Positions 38,037 through 45,882 of a stretch of 64,000 bases of DNA are shown one piece after another (position 1 is the first letter of the stretch; every line of letters begins with the position of its first letter). Where the stretch lies: positions 32,364-96,363 of the forward strand of contig MNWT01000004.1 in NCBI GenBank assembly GCA_001872735.1, written 5' to 3'. Origin of the DNA: Verrucomicrobia bacterium CG1_02_43_26. Its GTDB lineage: Bacteria > Verrucomicrobiota > Verrucomicrobiia > Opitutales > CG1-02-43-26. The notes below the pieces were generated by a model. It was not told the origin of the DNA, did no database searches, and saw nothing but the letters and a program-made list of their open reading frames with translations. Position numbers and translations under genes: made by a program.

Positions 38037-38454
38037 GTTGGGATGTGGCGAGATTGGCGAGGTTTTCCGTCTGCTGCGGAAGCTCCTTTACGATATTTCT
38101 GGCGACCAGGAAGATCCAAAGATACTTGAGCGGGCCTGTAACCTTGATGGACGTTGTCAATTTTAGCCCATTGGGAGTGCGCTCCATCTCATGCATACCG
38201 AAGAGACGGGCTCCGAAGAACTTGCAAGAATCCGTATATCTTTTCATTTCAACAACCTCGACCAACTTAAGGGAAACCTCGGGAGCTCCTTTGGGCTTGA
38301 ATACAAAATGGCTACCCACCGCAAAGGAGTCTGACATTTTGGCATATTCGATATCGGTATCCCATTTGTGCCAGTTATTGACATCCTGCCAGAGCGGCCA
38401 GATGTCCTCGGGATTAAGATGCTTAAATGTTTTTGTATAAGAGCGAATCCACAT
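38029..38454 (-). CDS. SRPBCC (polyketide cyclase/START-like) family protein
   Basis: A 141-aa protein with PEDIWPLWQDVNNWHKWDTDI typical of the SRPBCC family. It overlaps the MarR start by 8 nt. Confidence 0.6.
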   Translation of the reverse strand: MWIRSYTKTFKHLNPEDIWPLWQDVNNWHKWDTDIEYAKMSDSFAVGSHFVFKPKGAPEVSLKLVEVVEMKRYTDSCKFFGARLFGMHEMERTPNGLKLTTSIKVTGPLKYLWIFLVARNIVKELPQQTENLANLATSQHV

Positions 38455-38550
38455 GATGTTATGAGTGATGGTGTTTATTTAGTAAACATAATTACTGTAT
38501 ATGAGTTTACTATATTACGTCAAACAAATTTTTGCGCTCAGTGGGGATCT

Positions 38551-40677
38551 TTAGAACACGAGTGCTAGCCCGATGCCGAATTTGTCTTCGGAATCATAGT
38601 TAGCGGAAGCGTAGATGAGCTTGGTGAGCTCGAGGTTGAGGGTGAACGTGTATTCCTTGTCGGTATTCCAGACCCACTGGAAGGCAAGCCTGTCTGTTAA
38701 CTGTAATTCGCTACCGAGCTGGAGACGGAAGTGGCCATTATTATCGACGCGCAACTGGGCATTGACGAGAAGCGGTAACATGTATTCAAGACCGATGAGA
38801 CCGACATTTGTGTATTCATCATCCTCGCGCTTAAAATCACCACCCGCGTAGACTGCGAAAAGACGGGTGAAGTAGCGACGAAAAGCGGGCTCGAACTCGT
38901 AGTTCTTCTTATAATTGTGGCGCGCCTCGAACAAGACATTGTTATCATTGTTCATGAACATCGTGTTCGCAGCCGCAAAATTGGTGTAAACGGCGACATT
39001 TGAGGCATTATACCATTCCCCTCCGTGCTCTCGTTTTGCTTTACGGGAGTGCTCACCGATGGACGGATCAATATAACTCCCCTCGTAATGGATAAGACCC
39101 GCCATTGCGGTTTTCATGTGGTAGAGGTTGTGGCAATGGAATATCCAATCCTTGTCCTCATTCGCCTCGAATTCGATTGTGACGGTTTCGAAAGGTTCTA
39201 CGTTGACGGTGTGCTTTAGAGGGCTGCGCGCGCCATGTTTATTAATAACGCGAAAGAAGTGGCCATGGATGTGAATAGGATGCTTCATCATCGTTTCATT
39301 CGTGATGATAAAAACTACGTTTTCGCCACGTTTAATGAGTATCTTATCCGATTCATTCATGGGCTTACCATTAATACCCCAGGTGAAACGTTCCATGGAG
39401 CCGGTTAGGTTTATCGGAATGGTTCTTGTCGGGTTGTCTACTGGAAGGGTTGTATCTGAAAGCGACTGAATGGGTTGGTAATTATTGAGATATTTGACGA
39501 GGGAAATGTCTTCTGCGGGCCTTGCCTGATGGGAATGATGGATGGGTGAGTGATCGCTCGTGGACGGCGCATCATCCATGCCTGACCCGTGATTCATGTT
39601 TCCCATGTGGTTCATGTCCCCACCATGCGACATGTCCATGAGCACAAGATTTGGCATGGGAATGCTGGGCGCAGGCACAAGTTCCCCGTCTCCAAACGTA
39701 GCGATTGCGTAACCGGTACCATCCTCTGAAGACGCCCTGAATTCGTACTGCTTATTATCGGGGATCGTGACAACGACATCATAGGTTTCCGCAATAGCGA
39801 TGCGAATTTTGTCTGCAAGAAACGGTTGAACATTGAGCCCATCGGCGGCAACCACCTTCATGGGACCACCGGAGTATTGAAGAATAAAATACGAAGAAGC
39901 GCCGGCGTTAATAACGCGCAGAAGAACGCGAGTACCCGATTTAGCGCGCGAGAGGTGTTGCGCGTGATTGCCGTTAATCAAAAAAGCATCATAACCGATG
40001 TCGGTAAGATCCATAGGAGCCATTTGCATGAGTGCGTTTTTGAACCTTATCTTAACGGCCTCGGGACCATTCTGAAGAACCTTGAGCCAAGATTGCACAT
40101 AGCCCTTTTTACGCGCATAGTAATCTGCGTCTATCTTCAAGTGCTTGAGGACATCATCCGGCCGTTCATTTGTCCAATCCGAGAGGACGAGTATGTATTC
40201 TTCATCATAATCCCGTTCAACTGATTCCTTGGGATCAAGAACAATCGGGCCGTACACGCCACTTTGTTCCTGAAGGCCGGAATGGGAGTGGTACCAGTAT
40301 GTACCACTTTGTTTAACAAGAAATTCATATTGATAAAATTCGCCCGGTTTTATGGGAGGAAATGTGACATACGGAACGCCATCCATATCATTTGGAACCA
40401 AGAGCCCATGCCAGTGAATCGAGGTATCCTCATTTAAAGCGTTTGTTACCTTAATACGAAGCAAGTCTCCCTCAGTTGCTCTGATTAAAGGGCCAGGAAT
40501 GGTGCCATTAACACTCATGGCCTGAACCTCCTTTCCGGCAAAATTGACGGTGAGCGGTTGGATGGTGAGTTCGTAGTTGACCGTTTTTGCGTGTGATAAA
40601 GACAAAAGCAGTACCGATGCGAAGATGGCAATGAAGCGGGGTAAAAAAGTTCTCATTCTTGGGCGGGGAGAGCGCAT
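38551..40677 (-). CDS. CopA-type multicopper oxidase fused to a CopB-like C-terminal outer-membrane domain
   Basis: It has a signal peptide. The copper sites are IHWHG, WYHSHS, HPIHIHGH and HCHNLYHM. A Met/His-rich linker reads MDMSHGGDMNHMGNMNHGSGMDD. The last ~165 aa (from GGEWYNAS) form an alternating beta-strand pattern ending ...GIGLALVF. An alternative start is at 40656. Confidence 0.85.
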   Translation of the reverse strand: MRSPRPRMRTFLPRFIAIFASVLLLSLSHAKTVNYELTIQPLTVNFAGKEVQAMSVNGTIPGPLIRATEGDLLRIKVTNALNEDTSIHWHGLLVPNDMDGVPYVTFPPIKPGEFYQYEFLVKQSGTYWYHSHSGLQEQSGVYGPIVLDPKESVERDYDEEYILVLSDWTNERPDDVLKHLKIDADYYARKKGYVQSWLKVLQNGPEAVKIRFKNALMQMAPMDLTDIGYDAFLINGNHAQHLSRAKSGTRVLLRVINAGASSYFILQYSGGPMKVVAADGLNVQPFLADKIRIAIAETYDVVVTIPDNKQYEFRASSEDGTGYAIATFGDGELVPAPSIPMPNLVLMDMSHGGDMNHMGNMNHGSGMDDAPSTSDHSPIHHSHQARPAEDISLVKYLNNYQPIQSLSDTTLPVDNPTRTIPINLTGSMERFTWGINGKPMNESDKILIKRGENVVFIITNETMMKHPIHIHGHFFRVINKHGARSPLKHTVNVEPFETVTIEFEANEDKDWIFHCHNLYHMKTAMAGLIHYEGSYIDPSIGEHSRKAKREHGGEWYNASNVAVYTNFAAANTMFMNNDNNVLFEARHNYKKNYEFEPAFRRYFTRLFAVYAGGDFKREDDEYTNVGLIGLEYMLPLLVNAQLRVDNNGHFRLQLGSELQLTDRLAFQWVWNTDKEYTFTLNLELTKLIYASANYDSEDKFGIGLALVF

Positions 40678-40749
40678 TAATGAGTGATACTACCCCATAA
40701 CATTTTCGCTAGGCAAGCTGTATGTGAGCTGGAATAAGCAAGCTATGCC

Positions 40750-41346
40750 CTACCACTTTACGCCGAAGTCTTCTAGCCCTTCAGTATCGAAACGGACATA
40801 GCAGCGACCCATGCGAAGTTCGGTGGCATTAGGGACACTGGTGACTCCGGGTGATTTGGCTTCGAGCTCGAAGCCGAGGCTTTCGGCGACTGTGATGCTT
40901 CTGGTGTTTTCTTCATCGCAGAGGATAGAGAGTTTCTTGAAGCCGATTTCCTTAAAAGCGTATTGGATGATGGCCGTTACGGCTTCCCGAATGTAGCCCT
41001 TGCCTTGATGATCGAGGTGAATGTAGTAACCCAGTTCTGCGGATGGAATGGCCCAATTGGGGTTATTATAACCAACAACGCCTAGGAGTTCATCCTCAAG
41101 GAAGAAAGGGAAACAGAAAGTTTTTCTAAGAATGTATTCGCTGTAAAATTCGCGCGCGGTATGCTCTACATCGGTCCATGAGCTGACCCCTTCAATCCAA
41201 TTGAACCATTTACCGTATTCTTCCCTTGAGTGTTCGAGCAATGCATATAGCTGCTTGCCATCGCCAGGCATTAAGGGGCGGATGGTGAGCCGATTTGTAG
41301 TGATCGGCATGGGAAGGTCTAGTAAAATTGGATCTTGGATACTCAT
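40750..41346 (-). CDS. GNAT family N-acetyltransferase (RimJ/RimL-like)
   Basis: LTIRPLMPGD, and HQGKGYIREAVTAIIQYAF (the acetyl-CoA Q/RxxGxG/A motif). Confidence 0.85.
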   Translation of the reverse strand: MSIQDPILLDLPMPITTNRLTIRPLMPGDGKQLYALLEHSREEYGKWFNWIEGVSSWTDVEHTAREFYSEYILRKTFCFPFFLEDELLGVVGYNNPNWAIPSAELGYYIHLDHQGKGYIREAVTAIIQYAFKEIGFKKLSILCDEENTRSITVAESLGFELEAKSPGVTSVPNATELRMGRCYVRFDTEGLEDFGVKW

Positions 41347-41419
41347 TATTAATTAAATAGGAAAAAAGATACTGTAATTATGGATGAAAATGGAGTTAAA
41401 AGCAATTAGGATTTTATCC

Positions 41420-42010
41420 TTAATGGCCATGCCGCCAGCATTCTTGCACATGATCGTTGACCAAGCCTACAGCCTGCATGTAGGCGTAGATGATGGTTGA
41501 GCCGACAAATGTCATGCCGCGTTTCTTGAGGTCTTTGGAGATCGCATCACTTTCAGGGGTAGCAGTCGGCGCATCTGATAAGCATTTCCAGTGGTTGACT
41601 ATGGGTTTATTATCAACAAAACGCCAAAGGTAGTTTGAGAAACTGCCAAATTCCTTTTGGATCGCTATAAAAGCTTGGGCGTTTTTGCGTGTGGCGTAAA
41701 TTTTAAGACGGTTTCGGATAATGGCGGGATTATCGCGTAAGGCCTCGAGTTGCTCATCTGTCATTTGGGCAACTTTTTGAACATTAAAGTTGTGAAAGGC
41801 ATTGCGATAGCCTTCGCGCTTTTTGAGAACGGTTTCCCAGCTGAGGCCGGCTTGGGCACCTTCGAGGATGAGCATTTCGAATAAATGTTTATCATCGTGA
41901 ACAGGGATACCCCATTCGTTGTCGTGGTAGTCTGCGTAAAAGGCTTGGTTGGGTTTGTTGCCGAAGCAACGCTTTTTGCCGTCTGGGCTTGTAGGCAACT
42001 TAAGATTCAT
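41420..42010 (-). CDS. tag: DNA-3-methyladenine glycosylase I
   Basis: YHDNEWGIPVHDDKHLFEMLILEGAQAGLSW, and the C-terminal zinc ligands in HVQECWRHGH. Confidence 0.9.
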   Translation of the reverse strand: MNLKLPTSPDGKKRCFGNKPNQAFYADYHDNEWGIPVHDDKHLFEMLILEGAQAGLSWETVLKKREGYRNAFHNFNVQKVAQMTDEQLEALRDNPAIIRNRLKIYATRKNAQAFIAIQKEFGSFSNYLWRFVDNKPIVNHWKCLSDAPTATPESDAISKDLKKRGMTFVGSTIIYAYMQAVGLVNDHVQECWRHGH

Positions 42011-42158
42011 ATCAATTTTCCTTATAACTTTTTACTGAAAATATCGACGTTTTGCACAAGTGGCCAAAGTAAGTTCTCCTCTATTCTGGTTTTTAGTGTA
42101 GTAAAGGCCTCATATGAAGGCAAGGTTGATTAAGTGCTTCAATAGCATTGATATCTTT

Positions 42159-42325
42159 TTAAAATAGGTCAATCCCTTGGGCCATATCAGTTTCAATAAG
42201 GCCAGGATAAACACCGAATACGGGAACGTGATGTGAGTGCCTGATCAGTTCCATTCTAATACCTTGCGTAACCACTCGCCAACTACCGTCATTTCGATAG
42301 GTAATTTTTTCGTTTTTCCGTATTG
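42159..42325 (-). pseudogene. C-terminal remnant of a short-chain dehydrogenase/reductase
   Basis: My own translation gives ...TYRNDGSWRVVTQGIRMELIRHSHHVPVFGVYPGLIETDMAQGIDLF*. This resembles the SDR ...Y..SK.A...L..EL....I.V..V.PG.I.TDM region, but the YxxxK lysine is lost and there is no upstream Rossmann part. Confidence 0.35.
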
Positions 42326-42365
42326 CGGAGGTTAGACAGACAGGCCAGCGGACACTCCTGGCTTT

Positions 42366-42602
42366 TTATAGAAAGCGTTTTTTCGCGAATGCTCTACCGG
42401 ACCCAAGTTTGAAGTATTTCTCTAAGGACATGGCTTTTTCTCTTGTTTCTACTGCTATGTAGCTTTTGAGTTTTGCGGGGAGAAGGGCTGCGGTTGCGGG
42501 GACTCTTTTATCGTTGTGAGCTGTGACGCGTTGTTTGAGGTTATTGCTGAAGCCGATGTAAATGGAGTTGTTTGAGAGTTCTAAAAAATAAACGTACCAC
42601 AT
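42366..42602 (-). CDS. GIY-YIG nuclease family protein (UPF0213-like)
   Basis: MWYVYFLELSNNSIYIGFSNNLKQRVTAHN carries the GIY...YIG motif in a 78-aa protein. Confidence 0.8.
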   Translation of the reverse strand: MWYVYFLELSNNSIYIGFSNNLKQRVTAHNDKRVPATAALLPAKLKSYIAVETREKAMSLEKYFKLGSGRAFAKKRFL

Positions 42603-42611
42603 TTTGAGGGG

Positions 42612-42798
42612 AGTTGTTGGGGTCTTTGTGTGTGTGGGGGGGCTTTATTTGTTTTTTTGGCCTTTGGGATTTTTTTTATTCAGGCCGTAGAGCCTGCCTG
42701 CGCTCGTGAGGTTTGATGTTGGGGTTCTTTTTTTGGGCCTTTTATTGTTTTTTTTGGCTTTTGGGATTTTTTTATTCAGGCCGTAGGGCCTGCCTGCG
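42612..42798. repeat. two tandem copies of an ~85-91-nt T-rich unit ending in a short GC hairpin
   Basis: Copy 1 is 42612-42702 and copy 2 is 42714-42798. Both run G(T/A)TGTTGGGG...TTTTGG(C)CTTTTGGGATTTTTTTATTCAGGCCGTAG(A/G)GCCTGCCTGCGC. Confidence 0.85.
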
Positions 42799-42817
42799 CC
42801 AAGGCTTCGGCAGACAC

Positions 42818-42869
42818 TCTTAGCGACTCATCTCGTTACGGGCGGAACGCCCGTATCTCGAAGCGCTAA
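42818..42869. repeat. REP-like imperfect palindromic element (copy 1), abutting the tRNA-Ser 3' end
   Basis: CTTAGCGACTCATCTCGTTACGGGCG-GAA-CGCCCGTATCTCGAAGCGCTAAG. It is homologous to 43811-43864 and shares the terminal GCGCTAAGGTG. Confidence 0.75.
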
Positions 42870-42870
42870 G

Positions 42871-42958
<88 letters not shown>

Positions 42959-43048
42959 CAAGATTTAAGTATTCGAATGTAATTCATTAAATGCGTTGGG
43001 TCAATGGCAAAAAATGGTCCGTAGGGAATTGAAGCTCCTTTCGTTGTA

Positions 43049-43085
43049 AAATAAAAAAGGGCAACCTCTGATTGAAGCTGCCCTT
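43049..43085 (-). terminator. rho-independent terminator of the 43104..43643 gene
   Basis: The minus strand reads AAGGGCA-(15 nt)-TGCCCTT followed by TTTTTTATTTT, about 20 nt after the stop codon. Confidence 0.6.
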
Positions 43086-43103
43086 GTGTTTAAATAATTT
43101 TGT

Positions 43104-43643
43104 TTATTCGTGCCTGACGTGAAGCCTTCCAAGGTCAGGAGTCCAAGAACCAAGATCTATTTTTGTCAGATTTTTATTGTCATCAAAGCGCAATATTATT
43201 TTGCCGTTGGCGCCCACCTCATGTGGGGCTCCTTTCTCAGGAACATTCAGAATGGTTTTATCATTTTCCTGCATGAATTTACCCGAGGTAATTTCTTTGT
43301 TTATCTCAGCGATCGAGTAACCTTCGGGAATGGAGGGCACGATTCTCCAACGCGGAACATATATCTGCCCCTTAATGATAATTCTATCAATATCAATTTT
43401 GCGATCTATTGAGACAGGTCCACCTAATGTAATATTTCTTACGATCGGCGCACCTGATTTTGGTATAAATGTAATCTGTAAATCTTTAGATGAAATGTTT
43501 GGAAAGAAAAAAGGAGACCACCCCCCCCAGACATGGAAGTCTACGGTAAAGTTTTCTTTTACGTGAAAGGCGTAACCCCTATCCGCTAGTACCCCTACGA
43601 ATAACCCCAATGCAAATAATGTTAATATTAATCTCTTCATCAT
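43104..43643 (-). CDS. small secreted hypothetical protein
   Basis: It has a signal peptide (MMKRLILTLFALGLFVGVLA). I recognise no family. It shows weak similarity to 49425..49973. Confidence 0.6.
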   Translation of the reverse strand: MMKRLILTLFALGLFVGVLADRGYAFHVKENFTVDFHVWGGWSPFFFPNISSKDLQITFIPKSGAPIVRNITLGGPVSIDRKIDIDRIIIKGQIYVPRWRIVPSIPEGYSIAEINKEITSGKFMQENDKTILNVPEKGAPHEVGANGKIILRFDDNKNLTKIDLGSWTPDLGRLHVRHE

Positions 43644-43810
43644 AATGTTTAGTTTTTATTATTAAATATGCTATTGTATGTAAATTATGAATAAATAGCA
43701 AGCATATTCTTACAATACCAGACACTCAAACAGATTAGTATGGGGGTATTTTCGGTTTAGCCTGCCTAGCAGATTGAAGGTTCCATGGACATATAGGCTG
43801 GATTCTCCCC

Positions 43811-43864
43811 CTGAGCGATTCATTTCGATACGAGCCTGTTGCCCGTATCGAAAGATGCGCTAAG
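43811..43864. repeat. REP-like imperfect palindromic element (copy 2), 4 nt after the PEPCK stop
   Basis: CTGAGCGATTCATTTCGATACGAGC-CTGTT-GCCCGTATCGAAAGATGCGCTAAG. The upstream GCCTGCCT(A/G)GC...AAGG(T/C)T motif at ~43760 is also shared with 42790-42806. Confidence 0.75.
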
Positions 43865-43868
43865 GTGA

Positions 43869-45662
43869 CTACAAACGGCAGACGAGTAGCTCGCGTTCAA
43901 AAATAAGCTCTTTAGGCAAATGAGAGGAGAGCTTTAAAAAGAGAGCTTCGTGTTGAAGGGTTTCCATTTTAAGCTTATCTCGATCATAGGACATGAGAGC
44001 CTTCCATTGCTCTTTAGTGAACTTTAGACCACGCCAATCGATGTCCTCATAGCGAGGCATCCAACCGAGAGGAGATTCCTTGGCGAAAGCGCGGCCGCGA
44101 GCGCGTTCTACGATCCATTTAAGGACGCGCATGTTTTGGCTAAAGCCATCCCACATGTAGTTACCCTTTTCATCCCTACGGAACCAATTGACGTGAAAGA
44201 CCCGAGGGGTTTCTGACAAAAAGCGACTCATGTTGATGTAGTGGCGGAAGTAGTCTCCCATATTGTAGCCACAGAAAGGAAGCATAGCCATAGGATCGTG
44301 GCGAAGTTCACCGACAGTACCCTCTGCGGCCGCGGTTCTTTCGGAACCCATAGTTGCGCCGAGGTATACACCATGCGTCCAACTAAAAGCTTGATAGACC
44401 AATGGAACATCTTTACGCCTACCCCCGAAAACAAAAGCACTGATAGGGACACCGTTAGGGTTTTCCCATTCCTTGTCGACACAAGGGCAGTTTTCTACAG
44501 GAGCAGTAAAACGAGCGTTGGGATGGGCAGCGAGACGGCCACAATCGGGAGCCCAGTCATTGCCCTGCCAATCGATTAAGTGCTTGGGAGCTTCTTTTGT
44601 CATACCCTCCCACCAGACATCGCCATCATCTGTTAGGGCGACATTTGTAAAAATAGAGTCCTTGCGACAGGATTCCATGGCATTGGGATTCGTGTCATAA
44701 GAAGTACCCGGAGCCACGCCGAAGAAACCGGCCTCCGGGTTAATGGCGTGAAGCTTGCCATCTTTATCGGGCTTAATCCAGGCGATATCATCCCCGACTG
44801 TGGTGACCTTCCAGCCCTCCATTTCTTTAGGAGGGATGAGCATGGCGAAATTAGTCTTCCCGCAAGCACTTGGGAAAGCAGCTGTGACATAGGTTTTTTC
44901 ACCATCGGGCGATTCAACCCCCATAATGAGCATGTGCTCTGCCAGCCAGCCCTCATCCCGAGCCATATTGGAAGCAATTCTAAGCGCGAAGCATTTCTTA
45001 CCGAGCAACGCATTACCACCGTAGCCACTGCCATAAGAAACGATAGTACGCTCTTCAGGAAAGTGGACGATATGGGTATTTTCGGGATCACAAGGCCAGG
45101 CGACATCTTTTTGCCCAGGTTTTAAAGGACAACCAACGGAGTGGAGACAAGGGACGAAGAAATGACTTTCACCAAGTACTTTGAGCACCCTGTCGCCCAC
45201 ACGCGTCATAATGCGCATGTTAACCACCACATATGGGGAATCGGTTACCTGAACACCGATTTGGGAAATGGGAGAACCTACGGGGCCCATACTGAAAGGA
45301 ATGACATACATGGTACGCCCCTTCATGCAGCCAGCAAAGAGCTTTTCCTTAAGGAATTTGCGCATTTTCCTAGGATTTTCCCAGTTGTTCATGGGACCCG
45401 CGGCATCCGGGCTGTTACTACAGATAAAAGTCTTAGATTCGACACGAGCAACGTCTCTAGGATCTGAACGAAAAAGATAGCTATTGGGACGCTTGGCGGG
45501 ATCTAGCCGAACACACATGCCCGAAGCTTCCATTTGCTTAAAAAGGGTATCAGCCTCCTCTTGGGAACCATCACACCAATGAACCTGATCGGGTTCACAC
45601 ATATCAACCATTTTGCCTACCCATTTGAGTAGCGCTTTGTGAGAAGTTTTGGGTTTATTCAT
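43869..45662 (-). CDS. pckG: phosphoenolpyruvate carboxykinase (GTP)
   Basis: The ORF extends to 45695; the likely start is MNKPKTSH at 45662. GTP-PEPCK blocks are present: FPSACGKTN (kinase-1a), [18 protein letters not shown], and [10 protein letters not shown]. Confidence 0.92.
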   Translation of the reverse strand: MNKPKTSHKALLKWVGKMVDMCEPDQVHWCDGSQEEADTLFKQMEASGMCVRLDPAKRPNSYLFRSDPRDVARVESKTFICSNSPDAAGPMNNWENPRKMRKFLKEKLFAGCMKGRTMYVIPFSMGPVGSPISQIGVQVTDSPYVVVNMRIMTRVGDRVLKVLGESHFFVPCLHSVGCPLKPGQKDVAWPCDPENTHIVHFPEERTIVSYGSGYGGNALLGKKCFALRIASNMARDEGWLAEHMLIMGVESPDGEKTYVTAAFPSACGKTNFAMLIPPKEMEGWKVTTVGDDIAWIKPDKDGKLHAINPEAGFFGVAPGTSYDTNPNAMESCRKDSIFTNVALTDDGDVWWEGMTKEAPKHLIDWQGNDWAPDCGRLAAHPNARFTAPVENCPCVDKEWENPNGVPISAFVFGGRRKDVPLVYQAFSWTHGVYLGATMGSERTAAAEGTVGELRHDPMAMLPFCGYNMGDYFRHYINMSRFLSETPRVFHVNWFRRDEKGNYMWDGFSQNMRVLKWIVERARGRAFAKESPLGWMPRYEDIDWRGLKFTKEQWKALMSYDRDKLKMETLQHEALFLKLSSHLPKELIFERELLVCRL

Positions 45663-45882
45663 TGTTATCGCTTCCATTTGAAAATTAGTCTTCAAACAAA
45701 CCTACGATTAGGCAAGCAGATAATTGGGGAGTCTACGGAGCGAAAAGGTGCTCACTTTAAGTAGTGCGCAAAAACTAAGCATACAATCCAATAAACCACA
45801 CTATAATAAAATAAAAATAATTCATAAATTTGACCCAAACAATAACTTATGCGATAATTAATTATAACAAAAAAGTATCGAT

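Noticed and set aside
42612-42798. Tandem repeats near tRNA-Ser considered as a possible CRISPR array.
   Set aside because: There are only two copies of a ~90-nt T-rich unit with an 11-nt spacer. There is no 25-40-nt repeat/unique-spacer periodicity, and no cas genes occur in the window.
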